IMG/VR virus record: IMGVR_UViG_2744054912_000002
Source: a virus
Lineage: Duplodnaviria; Heunggongvirae; Uroviricota; Caudoviricetes
DNA: 51,139 bases
Reading direction: 5' to 3' (one strand)
Position 1 is the first letter of the stretch. Every line of letters begins with the position of its first letter. Below are positions 44,130 through 51,139 of this stretch, piece by piece. Below the pieces are notes generated by a model. The model ran no database searches and was not told the DNA's origin. It worked only from the letters and a program-made list of their open reading frames with translations. The position numbers and the translations under genes were made by a program.

Positions 44130-45238
44130 GAACGTCATTAGTCACCCGTGAAGAGATGATCGAGGCAATTGAACAGCACACTGCCTGTATCAGTACCAGG
44201 GATATACCGGGCGTTATTGCCAACTACTTCATGATCACCAAACAACTTTACCGGAGAAAGGACAAACACGCGGTTCACCGCATTCTGCTAACCGATATCC
44301 GTGAATACCTGCTCGAACAGGGTCATCTGAATTACGCAACCGTCGCAGCCGAAGCACGCAAGGAGGCACACAGAATGAAAGCAACTAACGTTAAATCAGA
44401 AAAAATTTATGCACCTTCAGTTCAGGAATCGGAACTGGTGGTTGTTCAGAATCAGCCGGATGAAATTCCCGTTCTGGAATGGCAGGGAGTACGTGTCGTG
44501 ACAACCGAAACTCTTGCTAGAGGGTATGGTGTCGATGAAGCCAATATTCGCAACAATTTGTCTCGCAACCTTGACCGCTTTGAAGAAGGTAAGCATTACT
44601 TTCTTCTAACTGGTTTAAAATTAAGAGAATTTAAGAACAGAGTAACCGGAAGTTACTCTGTTGGTAAGAACGCCAGAAGCCTTACACTCTGGACAGAGCG
44701 CGGCGCTGCACGCATGTCTAAGATCGTGGACACAAATGAAGCATGGGCATTCTTTGAAAAACTGGAAGACAGCTACTTCCGGCAAAAAGAACAGCAACCG
44801 GTTGCAATCCCCCAGACGCTTCCAGAAGCTCTGCGCCTGGCTGCCGAACTGGCTGAACAAAAGCAGCTTCTGGAACAGAAAGCCCACCAGCTAAATCAGC
44901 AGCTGGTGGCCGCCGCTCCTAAAGTCGATTTTGCCGACCGGGTATCAGTAGCTAAAGGGATCCTGATTGGGAATTTTGCAAAGGTTGTTGGACTTAAGCA
45001 AAACGCGCTGTTTGCCTGGTTACGGGAGAACGGCATCCTGATAGCGTCCGGTGGACGTAAAAATGTGCCGTTCCAGCAGTACATCAATGCGGGGTATTTC
45101 ACGGTGAAAGAAGTGGTGCTGGATGATGAAGATGGCTACCAGATACGGTTGACGCCTCAATTAACGGGTAAAGGCCAGCAGTGGTTGACGCGTAAACTGC
45201 TCGATGCTGGCTTGTTAAAACCGGTGGCGGCTGAATAA
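44126..45238 (+). CDS. Antirepressor-like protein (ORF6N-like N-terminal domain plus KilA-C/AntA-like C-terminal domain)
   Basis: 370 aa; ...VRVVTTETLARGYGVDEANIRNNLSRNLDRFEEGKHYFLL... and C-terminal ...PFQQYINAGYFTVKEV... Confidence 0.7.
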   Translation: MRTSLVTREEMIEAIEQHTACISTRDIPGVIANYFMITKQLYRRKDKHAVHRILLTDIREYLLEQGHLNYATVAAEARKEAHRMKATNVKSEKIYAPSVQESELVVVQNQPDEIPVLEWQGVRVVTTETLARGYGVDEANIRNNLSRNLDRFEEGKHYFLLTGLKLREFKNRVTGSYSVGKNARSLTLWTERGAARMSKIVDTNEAWAFFEKLEDSYFRQKEQQPVAIPQTLPEALRLAAELAEQKQLLEQKAHQLNQQLVAAAPKVDFADRVSVAKGILIGNFAKVVGLKQNALFAWLRENGILIASGGRKNVPFQQYINAGYFTVKEVVLDDEDGYQIRLTPQLTGKGQQWLTRKLLDAGLLKPVAAE

Positions 45239-45270
45239 TGGAAGAATGCCCGGTTGATGCCGGGCATAAT

Positions 45271-46122
45271 TTATTGCGCGCTTTCGGGGTTGTCGTTTAC
45301 TGGCTGCCCCTTCTTGGTTTTACGGCTGCGCGTAACTGATGCGCCTGACTTAACCTTTTTCTCTTCGCGAGTGATGGCAATTTGTTTTTTTACATTTTCA
45401 ATATCTGCCAGGCGATATATTTTTGCTTGCGGCCAGCGGTCGCAGATGATCGGTTCTATGGAGTCATAAAGGCTAAATTTTGCTTTTTCGAATTCACCGT
45501 TGATGATAATTCCATCACGGAGAGTTTCATCGCAGATAAACACGCCACACAGTGGCACATGGTAACTAACTGATTTACCATCATTGTAGTTAGGGCTACT
45601 GGAAATGTAGTGGACGCGCAGCATTGTTTCGCTAAAGCCGTGTACGCGCATACGGAATTTTTCATCCTCCGGGTACTGCCTCATTAGCTCTTTTGTTGCT
45701 TCCAGGTTCTCTATGTATTTCGCACTGTGCTCATTGAGCCCCGCGCTTTTTTGGATGCGAATGTCCTTATCAATCAGATGAATAATGCGGCCAGCGGTCA
45801 TGTTGACGCTGTTCACAGCTTCTGTCTGATAAGTTGTAACCTTACGTACACCGCGAAGGATGTTAGGCACTGGATATAAAATAGTCTTTGGGATATTGAG
45901 GTCTGGGTACTGTTCCAGTTCCCGCGCCATTAAAGTCCATTTATCAATTTCAGCCTGAATGCTGTCAGTTTCTTTGAACGGTAGAACGACAACCGGGCGT
46001 ACAGGACGACCGTCGCTGGCTGTATCAACGTGTTGGGCGCGTGCAACAGCTTTTTTTAGAAAGAGATCCCTGAAGCTGACGAACTCCTGGTACAGTTGTT
46101 CGCCGTAGACATAATTTATCAT
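45271..46122 (-). CDS. c1: Primary lysogeny repressor C1
   Basis: 283 aa, matching P1 C1 length; preceded by coi, with operator-like sites upstream. Confidence 0.9.
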   Translation of the reverse strand: MINYVYGEQLYQEFVSFRDLFLKKAVARAQHVDTASDGRPVRPVVVLPFKETDSIQAEIDKWTLMARELEQYPDLNIPKTILYPVPNILRGVRKVTTYQTEAVNSVNMTAGRIIHLIDKDIRIQKSAGLNEHSAKYIENLEATKELMRQYPEDEKFRMRVHGFSETMLRVHYISSSPNYNDGKSVSYHVPLCGVFICDETLRDGIIINGEFEKAKFSLYDSIEPIICDRWPQAKIYRLADIENVKKQIAITREEKKVKSGASVTRSRKTKKGQPVNDNPESAQ

Positions 46123-46232
46123 TGATCCTCCTCCAGAATTGACATGGTCAATAACGCCCGGCTGAGAAAACCGGTCATTACTGACCTATATTATAGAGGG
46201 ATCAAACAAAAATAATAGATTTATTAGTGCAT

Positions 46233-46442
46233 TTATTGTGAGTCTAACTGGTTAGTTGCCATGAGATATTCGATTGTGTCAGTGAGGTCATCCAGGTCGT
46301 CTTGGGTGATGCGGTACTCCTGATTGGATATCTTTGAGTAGTGTTCAGCAATGGCGCGGGCAGCGTCGGTTTCGGCAGGGTCTACAGATAAAGCGTTAGA
46401 GCAATGTCTAACGTCGTCGATGGTTGGTTGAATGAAAGCCAT
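46233..46442 (-). CDS. coi: C1 inactivator Coi
   Basis: 69-aa ORF immediately upstream of c1 in the same orientation. Confidence 0.7.
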   Translation of the reverse strand: MAFIQPTIDDVRHCSNALSVDPAETDAARAIAEHYSKISNQEYRITQDDLDDLTDTIEYLMATNQLDSQ

Positions 46443-46681
46443 AATTATGCCTCACTGTATTGACAACACAGAGCCTGAAGCTCTGACCTACTGTTTCACC
46501 CATGATCCATGCTGGGGTAATCTAACAACATTGCGCTGTGTGTAAGATGAGCAATGCATAGCTGTAATGCCGTTGTATAAGGTTTCCCTGTTTGCCCATT
46601 TCCTTCTGAGCCGCTCTACAACGCTGAAGACACATTAAATAGTGAATCCAAAGTCGTATTACGTAACGGCGGCAAAACTAT

Positions 46682-46698
46682 AATTTATTAGAGCAATT
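46682..46698 (-). promoter_or_regulatory. C1 operator-like site (immC region)
   Basis: Reverse complement of aatttattagagcaat is ATTGCTCTAATAAATT. Confidence 0.65.
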
Positions 46699-46763
46699 GT
46701 CAAACAACTATGAAAAACAATCCAGTTTTTGGCTGGTGGAGTGGGATTTTTCTCTCAAAATTT

Positions 46764-46780
46764 ATTGCTCTAATAATTCT
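46764..46780 (+). promoter_or_regulatory. C1 operator-like site (immC region)
   Basis: ATTGCTCTAATAATTCT. Confidence 0.65.
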
Positions 46781-46823
46781 TGATTTTTATGCGCAACTGG
46801 ACGTAAACTCCTCTTCAGACCTA

Positions 46824-46857
46824 ATAACTTCGTATAGCATACATTATACGAAGTTAT
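46824..46857 (+). other. loxP: loxP site-specific recombination site
   Basis: Exact 34-bp ATAACTTCGTATA-GCATACAT-TATACGAAGTTAT. Confidence 0.97.
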
Positions 46858-47046
46858 CTTAAGGGTTATTGAACATGATCAATTTACCTGTAAATCCATA
46901 CAGTTCAATACCTTATCAGGTCAAATAGTGATCACTTGATCATTTGATCAAGGTTGCGCTACGTAAAATCTGCGAAATGTTGGCAGTGTTAGTGCTCCAG
47001 ATTTCGCGTAGCGCACTTAGCACCACCAATCAATCAGAGGTGAAAA

Positions 47047-47268
47047 ATGGGATATTCAGCTGCTAAAGTGTCCACTCATATTGAGCTTGAGAAAAACCGT
47101 GGTTACTGGCGGGCAAAAGGGTTTGATCGTGATAGTTGTCAACTGTCATTATCGCGCGGTGAAGAGAAAATAGAACGCACGCGCGGTCGCTGGCGTTTCT
47201 ATGACGAGAACCATAAACAGGTAAAGGCAGAGCCGATCCTGTACACTTTACTTAAAACCATTATCTGA
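47047..47268 (+). CDS. Small basic hypothetical ORF in the cre leader
   Basis: 73 aa; strong SD AGAGGTG 5 nt before ATG; stop 8 nt before cre start; could also be non-coding leader. Confidence 0.35.
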   Translation: MGYSAAKVSTHIELEKNRGYWRAKGFDRDSCQLSLSRGEEKIERTRGRWRFYDENHKQVKAEPILYTLLKTII

Positions 47269-47275
47269 GTGTTAA

Positions 47276-48307
47276 ATGTCCAATTTACTGACCGTACACC
47301 AAAATTTGCCTGCATTACCGGTCGATGCAACGAGTGATGAGGTTCGCAAGAACCTGATGGACATGTTCAGGGATCGCCAGGCGTTTTCTGAGCATACCTG
47401 GAAAATGCTTCTGTCCGTTTGCCGGTCGTGGGCGGCATGGTGCAAGTTGAATAACCGGAAATGGTTTCCCGCAGAACCTGAAGATGTTCGCGATTATCTT
47501 CTATATCTTCAGGCGCGCGGTCTGGCAGTAAAAACTATCCAGCAACATTTGGGCCAGCTAAACATGCTTCATCGTCGGTCCGGGCTGCCACGACCAAGTG
47601 ACAGCAATGCTGTTTCACTGGTTATGCGGCGGATCCGAAAAGAAAACGTTGATGCCGGTGAACGTGCAAAACAGGCTCTAGCGTTCGAACGCACTGATTT
47701 CGACCAGGTTCGTTCACTCATGGAAAATAGCGATCGCTGCCAGGATATACGTAATCTGGCATTTCTGGGGATTGCTTATAACACCCTGTTACGTATAGCC
47801 GAAATTTCCAGGATCAGGGTTAAAGATATCTCACGTACTGACGGTGGGAGAATGTTAATCCATATTGGCAGGACGAAAACGCTGGTTAGCACCGCTGGTG
47901 TAGAGAAGGCACTTAGCCTGGGGGTAACTAAACTGGTTGAGCGATGGATTTCTGTCTCTGGTGTAGCTGATGATCCGAATAACTACCTGTTTTGCCGCGT
48001 CAGAAAAAATGGTGTTGCCGCGCCATCATCCACCAGCCAGCTATCAACTCGCGCCCTGGAAGGGATTTTTGAAGCAACTCACCGATTGATTTACGGGGCA
48101 AAAGATGACTCTGGTCAGCGATACCTGGCCTGGTCTGGACATAGTGCCCGTGTCGGTGCTGCGCGAGATATGGCCCGCGCCGGAGTTTCTATACCGGAGA
48201 TCATGCAAGCTGGCGGCTGGACCAACGTAAATATTGTCATGAACTACATTCGTAACCTGGATAGTGAAACGGGGGCAATGGTGCGCCTGCTGGAAGATGG
48301 CGATTAG
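47276..48307 (+). CDS. cre: Cre tyrosine recombinase
   Basis: 343 aa, MSNLLTVHQNLPALPVDATSDEVRKNLMDMFRDRQAFSEHTWKMLL...; catalytic tyrosine region at C-terminus; 436 nt from loxP centre. Confidence 0.98.
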   Translation: MSNLLTVHQNLPALPVDATSDEVRKNLMDMFRDRQAFSEHTWKMLLSVCRSWAAWCKLNNRKWFPAEPEDVRDYLLYLQARGLAVKTIQQHLGQLNMLHRRSGLPRPSDSNAVSLVMRRIRKENVDAGERAKQALAFERTDFDQVRSLMENSDRCQDIRNLAFLGIAYNTLLRIAEISRIRVKDISRTDGGRMLIHIGRTKTLVSTAGVEKALSLGVTKLVERWISVSGVADDPNNYLFCRVRKNGVAAPSSTSQLSTRALEGIFEATHRLIYGAKDDSGQRYLAWSGHSARVGAARDMARAGVSIPEIMQAGGWTNVNIVMNYIRNLDSETGAMVRLLEDGD

Positions 48308-48324
48308 CCGTTCATTTGCTCTTG

Positions 48325-48341
48325 ATTGCTCTAATTATTTA
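48325..48341 (+). promoter_or_regulatory. C1 operator-like site downstream of cre
   Basis: ATTGCTCTAATTATTTA. Confidence 0.6.
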
Positions 48342-48357
48342 ATATTTATGGTGACAC

Positions 48358-48669
48358 ATGCGGAAGGATTTCAAAATAGACGGAAAATATGTGGTGCTGT
48401 CTGTAAGCTCTCAAATTCAGTCACCATCTGTCATTGTCACCGTAAAGTTGAGCGATAGGATGCCTGATATCGACTCGATATCTGTTGCGTTCCCCGTTAA
48501 AAGCATGCGGAGTGCTGAACATTTTGTGATGAATGCAACGGAGGAGGAAGCGCGGCGCGGGCTTACTAGAGTGATGGGGGAATTTGGCGAACTCCTGGGT
48601 AAGGTAAACAATGCCCTTTCAATCAGTTCAGCAAGGTCCAAAGCGTTAACAGCTTCCATGATGAAATAA
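48358..48669 (+). CDS. Hypothetical protein (cra-like by position)
   Basis: 103-aa ORF between cre and ref. Confidence 0.5.
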   Translation: MRKDFKIDGKYVVLSVSSQIQSPSVIVTVKLSDRMPDIDSISVAFPVKSMRSAEHFVMNATEEEARRGLTRVMGEFGELLGKVNNALSISSARSKALTASMMK

Positions 48670-48802
48670 AAAAAAGCCTGGCAAGGAGCCAGGCTGCACA
48701 AAAGAGCGGGTTTGTATTCCGCATCCAATCAATCAAGAAGGAGTATAGCACACAGGTACTGAAGTGAAAAAATGTGATTCGCGATAAACAAAATATCTAC
48801 CA

Positions 48803-48819
48803 TTGCTCTAATTGATTGC
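48803..48819 (+). promoter_or_regulatory. C1 operator-like site(s) overlapping the ref promoter
   Basis: ATTGCTCTAATTGATTG with overlapping second half-site and TATAAT at 48821-48826. Confidence 0.6.
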
Positions 48820-48885
48820 TATAATTTAGCCGCAGTTTTTGTCAACTACGAAGACGTTGCCATTACTTCACTCCTTGACATCATT

Positions 48886-48911
48886 GGCGGCCATTAGGCC
48901 GCCTTTTTTTT
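48886..48911 (+). terminator. Hairpin plus T8 immediately upstream of the ref start codon
   Basis: ggcggcc-atta-ggccgcc followed by tttttttt, 5 nt before ATG. Confidence 0.55.
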
Positions 48912-48916
48912 GCCAT

Positions 48917-49366
48917 ATGAAAACAATCGAACAAAAACTTGAACAGCGCCGCGAGTGGCAGAAGGCAGCCAGAGAACGAGCGATCGCTCGGCAACAGGAA
49001 AAGTTGGCTGACCCCGCCTGGCGAGAATCGCAATATCAGAAAATGCGGGATTCTATCGACCGCCGTATCGCTAAACAGAAAGAGCGCCCACCAGCCAGCA
49101 AAACGCGGAAAAGTGCGGTAAAGATAAAATCTCGTGGCTTGAAGGGGCGAACACCGACAGCGGAGGAACGGAGCATCGCCAATGCTCTTGGCGCTCTCCC
49201 CTGCATTGCCTGCTACATGCATGGAGTAATATCAGAAGAGGTATCTCTGCACCATATCTCCGGTCGTACCGCGCCGGGTTGTCACAAAAAGCAATTGCCC
49301 CTTTGTAGATGGGGGAACCGCAGAATTCGGAAAAAATCGTACGCTAAGCTAACGGTGTTCTCGTGA
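48917..49366 (+). CDS. ref: Recombination enhancement function Ref (HNH-family), apparently 3'-altered/truncated
   Basis: MKTIEQKLEQRREWQKAARERAIARQ...CIACYMHGVI...HKKQLPLCRW then unrelated tail; about 149 aa versus about 186 aa recalled for P1 Ref. Confidence 0.7.
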   Translation: MKTIEQKLEQRREWQKAARERAIARQQEKLADPAWRESQYQKMRDSIDRRIAKQKERPPASKTRKSAVKIKSRGLKGRTPTAEERSIANALGALPCIACYMHGVISEEVSLHHISGRTAPGCHKKQLPLCRWGNRRIRKKSYAKLTVFS

Positions 49367-49444
49367 CAGCTCTTTGACTAGGCTTTCTAAGGCCATTCTG
49401 ATAGCCCTGACTTCCTGAAAAGCCATGGCTAAAATTTGTGCGGC

Positions 49445-49480
49445 TAAAAGGGATAACCGATGGTAAAGTAAGTTATCCCT
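49445..49480 (-). terminator. Terminator-like hairpin downstream of the Aer-like gene
   Basis: agggataac / gttatccct 9-bp inverted repeat with T-rich tract on the - strand. Confidence 0.45.
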
Positions 49481-49499
49481 GTCGAGATACTGAAAAGCG

Positions 49500-51012
49500 T
49501 TATCCTCGTTTTTCCCAAAACTGTTTTGCCAGTTCGCTCAGAGCGCTAGTTAACTGAGCGACAGATTTCGCACTTTGCAAATTATTCTGCCCGGTCTGTA
49601 CATTGGTATCAGCAGCATCGCGTATATTGATAATACTGCGGTTTATGTCTTCACTTACTGCTCCCTGCTGCTCGACCGCAGTCGCTATTTGCGCGTTCAT
49701 GTCGGTAATTTCGTTAACGCGTTGGCCAATTCCATCAAGAGCTGTAGCTGCTTCCTCTGCGTGAGCTACACTCGTGTGCGCTTGCCGACTACTTTGCTCC
49801 ATGACTGTAACAGCGGATTGCGCTCGCTCTTGTAGAGCGCTGATCATGCTTTGAATATCCGTTGTCGATTGCTGTGTGCGAGCAGCAAGACTGCGAACCT
49901 CATCGGCGACAACAGCAAAACCACGCCCCTGCTCACCAGCACGCGCGGCCTCAATTGCTGCGTTGAGTGCCAACAAATTCGTTTGCTCGGCGATCCCTCG
50001 TATAACGTCAAGAACTTTTGATATCTCGTTACTTTGACCTTCAAGCTCATGAATAACCTGAGTGGCTTGCCTAATTTCACCTTCAAGGGCAGTGATTGAC
50101 TGGCTTGTGTGGGCTACCAGACGCTGGCCAGATGCCGTCTCAGTGTCTGCTCTTCCGGCCGCATCTGCAGCATGCTGTGCATTGCTCGCAACCTCTTGAA
50201 TGCTTGCCACCATTTGGTTTACTGCCGTTGCTATTTGATCTGTCTCTGCCTGCTGCTCAACTGTAAGTACATTGCTTGACTCAATATCCTTTAGTAGGCC
50301 TCGGGTGTGTTCGCTAAGCCGATTTGATGCATCACCTATGCGACCTACTATGGCGCCTGTTTCAGCTTGCATCATTCGTAAAGCAAACTCTATTTGGCCA
50401 AACTCATCGGTGCGCCCAGTGTAGAGGGATTGACTTAATGGGTTATTGGAAATATTCCTGGCTCTTTCAACCAGTCTTCCAAGAGGAGAGAGAATAGCCA
50501 AAACACTAACAGAGCTTAAGCTTCCTGACATTAAAGTGGCTAACAATAAGCTGCTTATTGATGTATCAGTAAGCATGCCGGCAGCCATTGCGCTTGATAT
50601 AATACTACCCCATATGAGCAAGAGTATTTTCACGGAAAAGCTAGCAGCCAATTTCGGCCTCGCGGCCTTCCCGCTTCTCAATTGAGCATATAATTTTTCC
50701 GCAGCCAAAACCTGCTCAGGTTCAGGCTTGGTCCTTACAGACTGGTATTCAACAATCGAACCATTCTTAGCTATTGGCGTTACATAAGCACTTACCCAAT
50801 AGTGGTCGCCATTTTTACAGCGATTTTTTACTAGCCCCATCCATGAGCGGCCAGATTTTAATGTACTCCACATATGCTCAAATGCAGCAGGCGGCATATC
50901 TGGGTGTCTTACGATGTTGTGAGGCTGGCCTAATAGTTCTTCCTCAGTGAAACCACTGATTTTAATGAAGTCAGGATTAACGTACGTGATATGGCTTTGA
51001 GGGGAGGTAGTC
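49500..51012 (-). CDS. PAS-domain methyl-accepting chemotaxis protein (Aer-like aerotaxis receptor), 5'-truncated by IS26
   Basis: PAS region [21 protein letters not shown]...NGDHYWV; MCP signalling domain [30 protein letters not shown]; the track start codon (GTG) lies inside the IS26 inverted repeat. Confidence 0.75.
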
Positions 51013-51139
51013 GGCACTGTTGCAAATAGTCGGTGGTGATAAACTTATCATCCCCTTTTGCTGATGGAGCTGCACATGAACCCATTCAAAGGCCGGCATT
51101 TTCAGCGTGACATCATTCTGTGGGCCGTACGCTGGTACT
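51013..51139 (+). mobile_element. IS26 (IS6 family) left end: terminal inverted repeat and start of transposase gene; element continues beyond the window
   Basis: GGCACTGTTGCAAA terminal repeat at 51013-51026; downstream sequence matches my memory of IS26. Confidence 0.9.
51077..51139 (+). CDS. tnpA: IS26 transposase Tnp26, N-terminal 21 codons (partial)
   Basis: MNPFKGRHFQRDIILWAVRWY. Confidence 0.9.

Noticed and set aside
51013-51017. Treating the GTG at 51015-51017 as the native start of the chemoreceptor gene
   Set aside because: These bases belong to the IS26 terminal inverted repeat; the native N-terminus (about 20 residues by comparison with Aer) is missing.

Overview
This window is a near-contiguous stretch of a P1-family phage-plasmid genome. 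Identification rests on protein motifs and sites I recognise (loxP exact 34-mer, Cre, C1, Phd/Doc, RepA with 19-bp iterons, PacA/PacB with GATC hexamer pac clusters, Ban, Dmt) plus synteny; no database search or alignment was run, so gene names given by position are provisional. Left to right: late structural genes (sheath and major head, gene 21/22/23-like); parS-parB-parA; repA flanked by incA and incC iterons and oriR; upf genes; uhr-hrdC-dmt; tRNA-Asn and tRNA-Thr; tciABC; tRNA-Ile(CAU); ban; dbn; baseplate/tail genes; the pmgL-pmgS/ppp/pap block; phd-doc; pdcAB; lpa; pacAB; c1-coi; loxP-cre-cra-ref. Four departures from the canonical backbone stand out. (1) dmt, a Dcm-Dam fusion methyltransferase, is interrupted in frame by a 341-aa LAGLIDADG intein exactly at the catalytic PC motif. 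(2) A complete type IC hsdM-hsdS-hsdR operon (EcoR124-family, three TAEL repeats in HsdS) occupies the pap-to-phd interval. (3) A structured leader RNA, a small ORF and an ORF6N/KilAC antirepressor lie between pacB and c1, resembling an immI (c4-icd-ant) module. (4) ref appears altered at its 3' end, and the backbone ends in an Aer-like chemoreceptor gene truncated by the left end of IS26. C1 operator-like sites (ATTGCTCTAATAAATTT family) recur throughout.
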